Part shown: positions 26,764 through 36,392 of the stretch, one piece after another
Numbering within the stretch: position 1 is the first letter of the stretch
How the letters are laid out: each line of letters starts with the position of its first letter
DNA from: Thermoanaerobaculia bacterium
Lineage (GTDB): Bacteria; Acidobacteriota; Thermoanaerobaculia; Multivoradales; UBA5704
Assembly: GCA_044226625.1 (NCBI GenBank)
Contig: JBGAGQ010000058.1
Span: 1-42,850, forward strand
Reading direction: 5' to 3'
DNA: 42,850 nt
Translations under genes and position numbers: made by a program
The notes under the pieces: model-generated
What the model saw: only the letters and a program-made list of their open reading frames with translations
Told to the model about the DNA's origin: nothing
Databases searched by the model: none

Positions 26764-27318
26764 CTAGGCCGACGGCCAGAGCAGGCGGAAGATCAGCCCG
26801 GTGGTGAGGGCGTAGATCATGCCGTCGATGAAACCGCGCACCACGTTGCCGAACGGCTCGGCTTTCCAGATGCCGGCCTGCAGGGTGCCGAACGTATAGG
26901 CGGCGAACGCGACCGCGCCGGTGATCCGCATCACTTCGAGCGGGGCGGTGCCAGTCGAAAGGGTATGGCGCGCGACGTAGCTCACGACGAAGCTCGCGAA
27001 CAGGCAGTAGCCGAGCCACAGACCCAGGTAGCGTCCCATGTTCGGCGGGCCGTTTTTGATCACCGTGAGCATGGCGACGGGACCGTCCGTGTACTTCTTC
27101 TGGAACGCCGGATCCTTCATCTGCGAGCCGTCGGTGCAATAGGGCATCGTGTACAAGCCGGGAGGCGTGCCGCGCAGAACGGACGCCACGGCGTCCTCGT
27201 TTCCGAGCCTCTTGTAGTCGCTCCGGTGGTACTTGAGCACCATGTGCAGGATGGCGCTCACGATCCAAACCGCGACGGCCGATGCGACGACGGGCAGCCA
27301 CAAGCTTCCGAGGGGCAT
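26764..27318 (-). CDS. Hypothetical integral membrane protein (about 4 TM)
   Basis: AAGGAG RBS, hydrophobic helices, PGLYTMP..GPVAML motif, strong GC3 bias. Confidence 0.8.
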   Translation of the reverse strand: MPLGSLWLPVVASAVAVWIVSAILHMVLKYHRSDYKRLGNEDAVASVLRGTPPGLYTMPYCTDGSQMKDPAFQKKYTDGPVAMLTVIKNGPPNMGRYLGLWLGYCLFASFVVSYVARHTLSTGTAPLEVMRITGAVAFAAYTFGTLQAGIWKAEPFGNVVRGFIDGMIYALTTGLIFRLLWPSA

Positions 27319-27424
27319 GACGGGGCTCCTTTAGGTTGGGTGCCTCATCTTAGAACAGGAGCGAGCGTCGTTTGCGCCCGCTCCTCTGGGGCCTTTCCCG
27401 CACCCGCGCTATCCTCGCGCCACG

Positions 27425-28132
27425 ATGCGCATCCGCCTGCTCGCTTTCGCCACCGCCGCCGATTTGCTGGGAGCCGAACGGGACTTCGAGCTGCCGGACC
27501 AAGCGACGGTCGGGGATCTCGGGGAGCGGCTGCTCGAAGAGTTCCCGTCGCTCGCCCGGCTCTGGCCCCGCCTCGCGATCGCGATCGACGGCCGCCTCGC
27601 GCGACCGGAAGATGCGCTGACGGAAGGCGCGGAGGTGGCGCTCCTGCCGCCGGTCTCCGGCGGCGCGCCGGACGGCCGAGATAAGGGCGATGAGGGCGAT
27701 CCCCAGCCCGCGGTCCTGGTCGACGGTCCGATCGACGTAGCGGAGATTTCGGAATCGGTCGCGGGGTCCGCTCGCGGCGCCATCGTCCTGTTTCTGGGGA
27801 CCGTCCGAAACTCCCATGCCGGGCGGCCGGTTGCCGCGCTTACCTATTCGGCCTACCGCAGAATGGCGGAAGAGAAGCTCCGCGAGATCGTTACCGATCT
27901 CGAGGCCGGGGGCGTGGGAGAGCTGCGGGCGGCGATCGTCCATCGGCTAGGCGAAGTGCCGGTGGGAGAGCCGAGCGTCGCGATCGCCGTCGCCTCCCCC
28001 CACCGCGCGGCCGCCTACGACGCGAGCCGCACCGCCCTCGAGCGCCTCAAGGCGGAGGTACCGATCTGGAAGCGCGAGCGCTACGTCGACGGCGAGGAGG
28101 TTTGGCGCGAAGAGGAGCCGCTCGCCCGGTAG
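27425..28132 (+). CDS. moaE: Molybdopterin synthase MoaD-MoaE fusion protein
   Basis: N-terminal ubiquitin-like MoaD ending EVALLPPVSGG, a linker, then MoaE (GAIVLFLGTVR, HRLG, SPHR, LKAEVPIWKRE). Confidence 0.92.
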   Translation: MRIRLLAFATAADLLGAERDFELPDQATVGDLGERLLEEFPSLARLWPRLAIAIDGRLARPEDALTEGAEVALLPPVSGGAPDGRDKGDEGDPQPAVLVDGPIDVAEISESVAGSARGAIVLFLGTVRNSHAGRPVAALTYSAYRRMAEEKLREIVTDLEAGGVGELRAAIVHRLGEVPVGEPSVAIAVASPHRAAAYDASRTALERLKAEVPIWKRERYVDGEEVWREEEPLAR

Positions 28133-28302
28133 CGGGGCGCGCCGGGTCGGTGGGGTGGGAATCCGCCCTACGCCAAGCCCAACTCTTCGAGCGAGCTCGC
28201 CGTCATCCTCCGAACCGGCTTGCGCCGCTCGCATGCCGAGTACTCGACCGCGACGCCGCCGTCCAATTCTAAGTAGGCGATCTCGATGGTGAGAGGAAAA
28301 AA

Positions 28303-29517
28303 CTACCCGCTCGACGCCACCACCCAGGCTCGGAAGCCGGTTTCGAGTTCGAGCCAGCTTTTTCCGAGCGCTCGCTCGAGGGCCGCGGCCGACGGCTCGC
28401 CCCCTTCGGCGATGGCGGTGAGGAAGGCGCGGAACCCTGGAGCGAGCGCGCCGGCTTCTCCGGAGAGCAGGTAGCGGACGAAGAACGAGGCCTGGGCGTA
28501 GTGGAGGTCGGCTTCGGCGCCCACGAACGTTTCCCACGGCATCGCGAGCAGCTCGGGGAGGGTCGGTGCCGTCCCTTCGCCTTGCGCTTCGACGAGCTGG
28601 CGCAGGGCGGCGCGAGCGCCGAAATACTGGATCCGCGCGCCGGCGCGAAACGAGGTGCCGCCGAGGCTCGCGGGATCGAGAGTGCCTTCGTCCCCCAGCC
28701 GCGAGTGGGCGAGGTCGTCGGCGATCCCTTCGTCGAGCCAGGGCGGCAGCTGCGGTCCGATCGCGCGGCGGTTGAGGAGATGGACGAACTCGTGGACCAG
28801 GGTTTCGGCGATCTCGCGCGTTGGCCGGCCGCCGTCCCAGATCGCCACCAGGCCGTAGCCCGAATGGCCGCTCGCCTCGGCTCCCGCGAGCGCCCCTTCG
28901 GCGTCCTGGTAGACGCGATAGGCGCCTTCGTTCGCGAACAGGAGGACCGTCTCTGCCGGTGCGCCGATCGGCGTCCGGCCGTAGCGCTCGCGGTAGGCGG
29001 CCTCGATCTGGCCGGCGACGCGATCCAGGAACGCGATCCGGTCCGGAGAGGAGACGTCGGTGACCAGAGCGTAGGGGCCGAGACGCGCCCCGCTCTTGTC
29101 GATCGCTGTACCTTTCTTGGCCTTCGGATCGCTCTTCGCTGGGTTCGTGGCGCCGAGCAGCGTACGGGCGCGCGCCAGGCGCCCGGGCTCGGGTAAACGG
29201 GCCGGCACGGGATGAGTCGGCTCGGGGGCGGAGCCGAGCAGCGGCTGACCGGATTCGCCGCCGGATTGCCCCGCGAGATAAACCCATCCCGTAATCGCCT
29301 GCCAACGCACCTGCACCCACGCGCCTTGGTGGCTAATCCGCGGCAGGTCGGCCGCTTCGGAAAGCACGGTGACGCGGGGGGCCTTGGCGTTCGGCGCCCT
29401 GCGGATCACCGTGCCCGCTCGAACGTGAAGGAGGGGCTCGGCCCCGAAGGCGATCCCCGCGGCGATCCCGCAGCTGATCGCGAGGAGCGCCAGCGATCTC
29501 GAGAAGGCGCGGAGCAT
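28303..29517 (-). CDS. Secreted SH3-like domain + gluzincin metallopeptidase (peptidase MA-like/DUF1570-like)
   Basis: Signal peptide from ATG 29517; IRRAPN..GAWVQVRW..ITGWV (SH3b-like); HEFVH..PPWLDEGIA zinc motif; HYAQASFFVRYL. Confidence 0.78.
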   Translation of the reverse strand: MLRAFSRSLALLAISCGIAAGIAFGAEPLLHVRAGTVIRRAPNAKAPRVTVLSEAADLPRISHQGAWVQVRWQAITGWVYLAGQSGGESGQPLLGSAPEPTHPVPARLPEPGRLARARTLLGATNPAKSDPKAKKGTAIDKSGARLGPYALVTDVSSPDRIAFLDRVAGQIEAAYRERYGRTPIGAPAETVLLFANEGAYRVYQDAEGALAGAEASGHSGYGLVAIWDGGRPTREIAETLVHEFVHLLNRRAIGPQLPPWLDEGIADDLAHSRLGDEGTLDPASLGGTSFRAGARIQYFGARAALRQLVEAQGEGTAPTLPELLAMPWETFVGAEADLHYAQASFFVRYLLSGEAGALAPGFRAFLTAIAEGGEPSAAALERALGKSWLELETGFRAWVVASSG

Positions 29518-29542
29518 TCGGGGCCTGGTTCCTTGCTTCCGG

Positions 29543-31705
29543 TTAGTTCCCGGCGGCCCAGACCGCCGCGGCCTCGAACAGGGCCGCGCCATCCGCGGTC
29601 CAGCTCGCCGCCGTCGTCTCGCCGAGGAAATAACCGACCCGCCGCGAGGGAGCGGAGAGGCCGACCATCGCGGCGCCTCTCTCGTAGGTGAACGCCATCG
29701 GTCGGCGCGCCGGACCGACGCTCTGGAGGACGATGGAGGCCGTCGTGCGCGGCCTCCCCCAGGAGAACGGCGAGGGCGTTCCGGCGACCGTGACATTCCC
29801 GGAGAGACCGGCGGCGAGCGGGCTCGCCGGGTCGGCGACGAACACGAGCCGCTGACCGCCGATCCGGCCGAAATCGCGGCCGGATTGCGCCCCGGTCAAG
29901 CCGAGGTCGTCGAACAGATCGGCCTTCCAGGCGATCACGGGAGCGATCGAGCTCCGGAACTTGGTGTTCACCGCGGTGGCGGATGCCGTCGCCGAGATCG
30001 CGACCAGCGCTTTGCCGCGCGCGTCGCGCGGAGCCGAAGCGACCGCCGCCTGGGCAGTGACCACGAAGCCGAGCTTCTCCAGTCGTTCCTTGACCGCCCG
30101 GTCACCCGATCCGAGGACCGGCGAGCCGGTGATCAGGAGCGCCGGCGGGTGGAAGACCTCGGCCGGAACCAGCGCAACGCCCTGGCCGGGCGGCTCCCAT
30201 CGAAGGCGGATCACGGCGTTGCCCGCGTCCTGCCGATAGTCGAGGCGAACGGCGTAGCGGCGGCCGGCCTGGAGCGCCACCGTGCCCGAATCCTCGGTCA
30301 CGTCGTGGCCTTCCCAATGGTCGACCAGCCGGAGGCCGGCGACCCAGAGCCGCACGCCGTCGTCCGACGTGGTGACGAACCGATACGTGCCGGAGGTCGG
30401 CACCTGGATCTGACCCACCCAGCGGATCGAGTAACTCCCCGGATGGATCCCGGGCAAGGGGCTTCCGTTTCCGAACTCGAAATCGATCGGGCCGTCGAGC
30501 CGCTCGACGGCAGCGCCCGAGAACGCGGGCCCGTCGAAGTAGTTGCCGACCAGGCCGCGGACGGTCCGCGGGCCCGGGGGCTCGACCGCGTGGTCGATCC
30601 GAATCAAAGTGCCTCCGCCGTAGGTGAGCACCCAGAGAGCCCCGTCGGTGCCGGTTTCGAGATCGACCGGAAGATCCGCGTCCGACGCGAACGGCAGCGC
30701 CTGACCGCTCGCGAGGTCGAGGCGACGGATCCAGCCGCCGCAGAAATCGGCGAAGAAATAGTCGCCGCGATAGTCGGCGGGAAAGCGCTCGGTCGGCGGG
30801 TCGTAAAACGTGCCGCCGGTGATCGCGCAGCCGCGCGTCCCGTCGTTGCCGTGCTCGTAGGCGAACCGTGGCGAGACGAACCGGGGATCGTCGGTCGGTC
30901 CTTCGGTGACGGGCCAACCGTAGTTGGCGCCGGCCGCGCCGTCGTCGATCTCCTCCCAGGTGTTCTGTCCCACGTCGTTGATCAGCATGCGGCCGTCGGC
31001 GCGGGCGAAGGCGAACGTGTAGGGGTTGCGCAGGCCGAGCGCCCAGATCGCCCGGTTCTTGCCTTGGGTCTGGGCGACGAAAGGGTTGTCGGCCGGGATC
31101 GAGCCGTCCTTGTCGAGGCGGAGGATCTTGCCGAGCAGGTTGCCGAGCGTCTGCGAATTGCTCTGCGTCGCGTTTTCACCGACCGCGACGTAGAGCTTGC
31201 CGTCCGGGCCGAAATGGAGCGCGCCGCCGTTGTGGTTGGTGGCGCTCGAGAGCGTGTCGAGCTCGAGCAGGATCGTCTCGCTTCCCGGGACGGCGACGTT
31301 GCCGTTCGCGGTGAAGCGCGAGACGCGGTTGTGGATCGGCTCGGTCGGGACCGTGTAGTAGACGTAGACGAATCGGTTCGCGGCGAACTGCGGATCGAGC
31401 GCCACGCCCAAAAGGCCGCGCTCCCCGCGGGAGTCGACGTCGAGCTGGAGGAACGGCGCATCGAGGAGGCTGCCGTTCCAGAGCCGCAAGTCGCCTCCCT
31501 GCTGGGTGATGAAGATCCTGCCGTCCGGCGCGAGCGCCATCGAGGTCGGATTCGCTAGGCCCGAGGCCGCGACCTCCTGCGAAAATCCGGGCGGCAGCTC
31601 GATTGCGGCGAGAACCGGGCCGACCAGAAACAGGCCGAGCGACACGGCGGCGAGAGAGAGAATCGAGGGGCGAAGGGAGGAGGTCCGGGCGTTGTCGGTC
31701 GTCAT
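29543..31705 (-). CDS. PQQ-dependent glucose/sorbosone dehydrogenase beta-propeller fused to PA14 and a C-terminal domain
   Basis: GERGLLG, HNGGALHFGPDGKLY, LGLRNP, DVGQNTWEEID, GANYGWP; PA14 motifs YSIRWVGQI, TSDDGVRLWV, IRLRW. Confidence 0.9.
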   Translation of the reverse strand: MTTDNARTSSLRPSILSLAAVSLGLFLVGPVLAAIELPPGFSQEVAASGLANPTSMALAPDGRIFITQQGGDLRLWNGSLLDAPFLQLDVDSRGERGLLGVALDPQFAANRFVYVYYTVPTEPIHNRVSRFTANGNVAVPGSETILLELDTLSSATNHNGGALHFGPDGKLYVAVGENATQSNSQTLGNLLGKILRLDKDGSIPADNPFVAQTQGKNRAIWALGLRNPYTFAFARADGRMLINDVGQNTWEEIDDGAAGANYGWPVTEGPTDDPRFVSPRFAYEHGNDGTRGCAITGGTFYDPPTERFPADYRGDYFFADFCGGWIRRLDLASGQALPFASDADLPVDLETGTDGALWVLTYGGGTLIRIDHAVEPPGPRTVRGLVGNYFDGPAFSGAAVERLDGPIDFEFGNGSPLPGIHPGSYSIRWVGQIQVPTSGTYRFVTTSDDGVRLWVAGLRLVDHWEGHDVTEDSGTVALQAGRRYAVRLDYRQDAGNAVIRLRWEPPGQGVALVPAEVFHPPALLITGSPVLGSGDRAVKERLEKLGFVVTAQAAVASAPRDARGKALVAISATASATAVNTKFRSSIAPVIAWKADLFDDLGLTGAQSGRDFGRIGGQRLVFVADPASPLAAGLSGNVTVAGTPSPFSWGRPRTTASIVLQSVGPARRPMAFTYERGAAMVGLSAPSRRVGYFLGETTAASWTADGAALFEAAAVWAAGN

Positions 31706-31754
31706 GGTCGGTTCGAGCCTCCGAGCGGTGTTCCGAATCGCGCCGCGGAGACCG

Positions 31755-32102
31755 TCAACCGGCTCCCGGCAGATCTCCGAGGACGTCTTCGAGGGGGAGG
31801 AGGATCTCGTCGATCGAATCTTCATGGATCATCGATTCGACCGCGGCTTCGATCGTCGCGGGGGCGAGGTTGCGGACCACCACGATGTCGCGGCACGAGA
31901 AGTACTGGCCGCCGCCGCTCTCGCCCGAGATGCGATCCTGCTCCATCTGCTTCTGGATGTTTCGGAGGGTGAAGAACGTGGCGCCGAAGCGCCGGCCGTC
32001 GCGCAAAGCGACCTCGACGTCGACGTTTCCGTTGTCGATGTCGTAAGGGTCGTGGCCGGTGTAGATCGTGAGCTCCCAGCCAGGATGTTTGCGGACGATC
32101 AT
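31755..32102 (-). CDS. Conserved hypothetical protein (115 aa, immunity-protein-like)
   Basis: NVDVEVALRDGRRFGATFFTLRNI..GE..GGQYF..DIVVVR pattern; has its own TTGACG-N17-TAGCTT promoter. Confidence 0.75.
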   Translation of the reverse strand: MIVRKHPGWELTIYTGHDPYDIDNGNVDVEVALRDGRRFGATFFTLRNIQKQMEQDRISGESGGGQYFSCRDIVVVRNLAPATIEAAVESMIHEDSIDEILLPLEDVLGDLPGAG

Positions 32103-32147
32103 CGCGAGGTTCTCGAGCGCTCGGTATCCATCCGTCGCTCCCGCGGC

Positions 32148-32176
32148 AAGCTAACGGAGATATCGAGCGGCGTCAA
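32148..32176 (-). promoter_or_regulatory. Putative sigma70 promoter
   Basis: Minus strand: TTGACG (32176-71), N17, TAGCTT (32153-48). Confidence 0.55.
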
Positions 32177-32282
32177 TGCATTGGAGCCTACCAGCCCGCA
32201 CCTTCCGCTCGGCGTCCTGGCCAAGGGTAAGGAGCGAAGGGCGGCACCCTCGACGGTGGCGTATCATCCGCGCCGTCTCGCG

Positions 32283-33908
32283 ATGCCTCGAACCGATCGC
32301 TCCCTCTGCGTTCTCCTTTTGCTCGCCGCGTTCGCTTGCGGCGCCACGGGCGAACGAGGCGCGTCCGCACCTCCTCGCAAGGCGCGCGCGATCGAGGCTC
32401 GGTGGGTCACGACGTACGACCCGGAGCGCGCGGAGAACGGCTACACGCTGACGCTTCACGATCTCCGAATCCCGGTGCTCCTCGACATGAACGGCCGGCC
32501 GGTCCACGCCTGGCGCGACGCGCGCGTCAAGTCGCGCGCGCGCCTGCTGTCCGATGGCTCGATCCTCGGCATCGGGCTCGGTCATCAAGTGGTGGAGTAC
32601 GCCTGGGACGGCGAGAAGCGCTGGGAATGGAACGTTCCGGACGGATTTCCGCATCACGACGTGATTCGTTTGCGGAACGGCAACACCCTGGTGCTGGCGA
32701 TGGAGGAGCGGGCCAAGGGGGACACGCTGTTCGAAGTGGATCGGTACGGGCGGGCGGTCTGGACCTGGCGCGCCGAGGAGCACGTCGATCCGATCCTGCC
32801 GAAGAAGGGCGCGCATCCGAACGATCTGACCCATGTTAACTCGCTTCAGGAGCTGCCCGAGAATCGCTGGTTCGACGCGGGCGACGCGCGCTTTCGCCCG
32901 GGGAACCTCCTGCTTTCCGCGCGCAACCTGAACACGGTCTTCATCGTCGACCGCGCAAGCGGCGAGATCGTCTGGTCCTACCGAGAGGGGCTCGACCGCC
33001 AGCACGAAGCGTTGATGAACGGACCGGATCGTCCCGAGCCGGGCATGATCCAGATCTTCAACAACCGGCAGCGGAGCTTCTCGACCGATCGCCAGAGCGA
33101 GATCGTCGAGATCGATCCCCGTGACGGCAAGGTCGGCTGGCGCTACCGTTCGCCGGGCTTTTTCACCCCGACGGGCGGGCTCCAGCAAGCGCTTGCGAAC
33201 GGCAACGTCCTGATCACCTCGACCCGAGGGGGCCGGGTTTTCGAGATCGCGCGCTCGGGAGCCGTGGTCTGGGAGTGGGCTCCTCCCTACGAGCCGGTGC
33301 GCGCCGTGCGCGTCGCGCGCGACGCCTGCCCTCAGCTCGCGCGCCTCCCAGCGGACGCTTCGCGCGCTGTGGTCGCTCCGGCGGGCTACGCCTACGTCGA
33401 TCGCGACGCCTATCGCTTCGCGCGCAAGGGTGCTCGGACGGAGATCCAGATCGACGGCAAACCGCACACCGTGCTCGCCGCGGAGAGCGTCTGCGGCGAT
33501 CTGGTCCTGCCCTTCGGCGCGCGGGCGGAGGTCGGCTTCGGCGTCGATCCCTCACAATGGAACGGAACCGTCGATCCCCCCGTCTTCACGATGTCTCTCG
33601 CGGAGGGCGGGAACGGGAAGAAGCAGATCCTCTTGCGTGAATCGGTCGGAGCCGGCGGCGAGCCGTGGCGCCGTCGGACCCTGCCCCTCGGCGCCTTCGC
33701 CCTCCGTGCGGTACGGCTGTGCGTCGAAATCGAAGGCGCCGCCGCGGACGGTGTGCGCTGGGCCTACTGGGAGCAGCCTTCGATCCACGCGGCGGGCGAT
33801 GCGAGCCGCACCGACCTCGAGGAGGACGAAGGGCTCGCGGGCGATCTGACCCCGGAAGAGCGAAAAGTCCAGGAGGAGCACCTGAAGTCGCTCGGGTACG
33901 TGAACTGA
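32283..33908 (+). CDS. Arylsulfotransferase (ASST) family lipoprotein with C-terminal extension
   Basis: Lipobox-like LAAFAC; GYTL, HHD, THVNS, SAR, RQH, LANGNVLIT motifs; ends HLKSLGYVN. True start is ATG 32283 rather than the ORF-track start. Confidence 0.85.
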   Translation: MPRTDRSLCVLLLLAAFACGATGERGASAPPRKARAIEARWVTTYDPERAENGYTLTLHDLRIPVLLDMNGRPVHAWRDARVKSRARLLSDGSILGIGLGHQVVEYAWDGEKRWEWNVPDGFPHHDVIRLRNGNTLVLAMEERAKGDTLFEVDRYGRAVWTWRAEEHVDPILPKKGAHPNDLTHVNSLQELPENRWFDAGDARFRPGNLLLSARNLNTVFIVDRASGEIVWSYREGLDRQHEALMNGPDRPEPGMIQIFNNRQRSFSTDRQSEIVEIDPRDGKVGWRYRSPGFFTPTGGLQQALANGNVLITSTRGGRVFEIARSGAVVWEWAPPYEPVRAVRVARDACPQLARLPADASRAVVAPAGYAYVDRDAYRFARKGARTEIQIDGKPHTVLAAESVCGDLVLPFGARAEVGFGVDPSQWNGTVDPPVFTMSLAEGGNGKKQILLRESVGAGGEPWRRRTLPLGAFALRAVRLCVEIEGAAADGVRWAYWEQPSIHAAGDASRTDLEEDEGLAGDLTPEERKVQEEHLKSLGYVN

Positions 33909-34041
33909 TCGGCGGGGCTCCCACCGCAAGATTCTCCAAGTCCGCTCGCCGGTGCTCCTCCTACGATGCCCGGCGACCGAGATCCCGAAGGCCCCCGGTC
34001 GGGCGCCTCGCCGGGACGCTCGGCGAACCCAGGAGATTCGC

Positions 34042-34524
34042 ATGAAAATCGCATCATCCCTGCTCGCCCTCGCGGCGCTCTTGACGCCCTCCGCGCGGGC
34101 CGCGGACGCTGCCTCCGAAGCCGTCAAGGAAGTCGCCGCGCTCGATCTGGCGTATCAGGCCGCGGTCGCCCGAAACAACGCCGAGGCGATGAGCGCCATC
34201 CTCGCCGACGACTTCATTCTGGTCACGGGCAAAGGCCAGACGTTCACCAAGGAGGATCTGCTCCGCGAGGCGCGCAACAAGTCCATCGTTTACGAACGGC
34301 AGGACGACACCGAACAGACCGTCCGGGTTTGGGGCGATACGGCGGTTGTGACCGCTCTCCTATGGCTCAAGGGAATCCGGGGCGACCAGCCGATCCAGCG
34401 CAAGCTCTGGTTCAGCGACACCTACGTTCGAACCGAGAAAGGCTGGCGTTACGTATTAGGCCAGGCGTCGTTGCCGTTGCCCGATGAGCCTTGGATGCCG
34501 AGCCGGCGCCATTTGATGCCCTAA
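34042..34524 (+). CDS. Exported NTF2-like / DUF4440 family protein
   Basis: AGGAG RBS, signal peptide; ILADDFILVTGKG..TKEDLL, VRVWGDTAVVT, FSDTYVR...GWR. Confidence 0.85.
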   Translation: MKIASSLLALAALLTPSARAADAASEAVKEVAALDLAYQAAVARNNAEAMSAILADDFILVTGKGQTFTKEDLLREARNKSIVYERQDDTEQTVRVWGDTAVVTALLWLKGIRGDQPIQRKLWFSDTYVRTEKGWRYVLGQASLPLPDEPWMPSRRHLMP

Positions 34525-34613
34525 GCTCGACGGAAGCTGTCGAACGCCTCCCGAGTCGGATAACCTGCTCCGGCCCCTTGGAAACAATCCAAGGTTCCGG
34601 CTCGGGAGGCCTG

Positions 34614-35210
34614 ATGCCCCGCTACGATTTCCTCCACGAGACTTACGACACCGAGCGGTTGAAGACGCTCGCGGTCTGGTCGCAGTTCTCGGACGACCAG
34701 ATGGATTTCCGCGCCGCGCCGCTTGCTCGTTCGCCGCGTGAGCAGATGGTCCATCAATGCCTCAGTGAGGATCTCTGGATGATCCGAATGCTGGGCATCG
34801 AAGCCGGCATCTCGGCCCTGCCCGCTCGTGAGACTCGCGGAGATTTTCTCGACCATTACGCGACGGCCTCCGCCCGGCGTCTCGAGACCCTTCGGGCGAA
34901 GGACGACGCGTGGTTCGAGGAGCCGACGACCTTTTTCGACGTCTCCCGGTCCCGTGCTTGGGTCCTCGTGCGCCGGGTCGCCCATTCCGCTCATCACCGG
35001 GGCCAGCTCACAGTCGTTTTGCGGCTGATCGGCAACGCTCTCTATTCGACCTACGGTCCGACCGCCGACACGGGGGGGCTCGCGCAAAAAGGGGGAGCGG
35101 TCATCTATCGCTACCGCTCGATCGAGGACCTGCTAGCCGCCGAGGCGGAGGGGGGACGATCCCCAGACTTGCCCGGTCCCAGCGAGGCGCCGCCTTTCGA
35201 GCGGCCGTAG
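34614..35210 (+). CDS. DinB/YfiT-like four-helix bundle protein
   Basis: RSPREQMVHQCLSE and AHSAHHRGQL metal-binding His motif; GGGAGG RBS. Confidence 0.88.
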   Translation: MPRYDFLHETYDTERLKTLAVWSQFSDDQMDFRAAPLARSPREQMVHQCLSEDLWMIRMLGIEAGISALPARETRGDFLDHYATASARRLETLRAKDDAWFEEPTTFFDVSRSRAWVLVRRVAHSAHHRGQLTVVLRLIGNALYSTYGPTADTGGLAQKGGAVIYRYRSIEDLLAAEAEGGRSPDLPGPSEAPPFERP

Positions 35211-35244
35211 CGCCCGTCGAACGCCTTCAAGCGGCCGAGCTTGA

Positions 35245-36294
<1,050 letters not shown>

Positions 36295-36392
36295 GGCGGT
36301 CAGGCTCGCGGGTTCACCGATTCTTCGCGCCGGTTTGCGCCGGCCCTGCCAGAGGGCTACGCTCCTCCAAATGACCTCATGTGGGAGTTCCC

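Noticed and set aside
28169-28302. About 44 open codons in frame after the TAG of the SH3-peptidase gene (possible readthrough or gene remnant)
   Set aside because: The length is unremarkable in GC-rich DNA, there is no recognisable homology, and no recoding signal is evident.
31506-32282. Long N-terminal extension of the ASST ORF (800 aa in the track)
   Set aside because: It is antisense to two real minus-strand genes. A signal peptide begins at ATG 32283, and open shadow frames are expected at this GC content.
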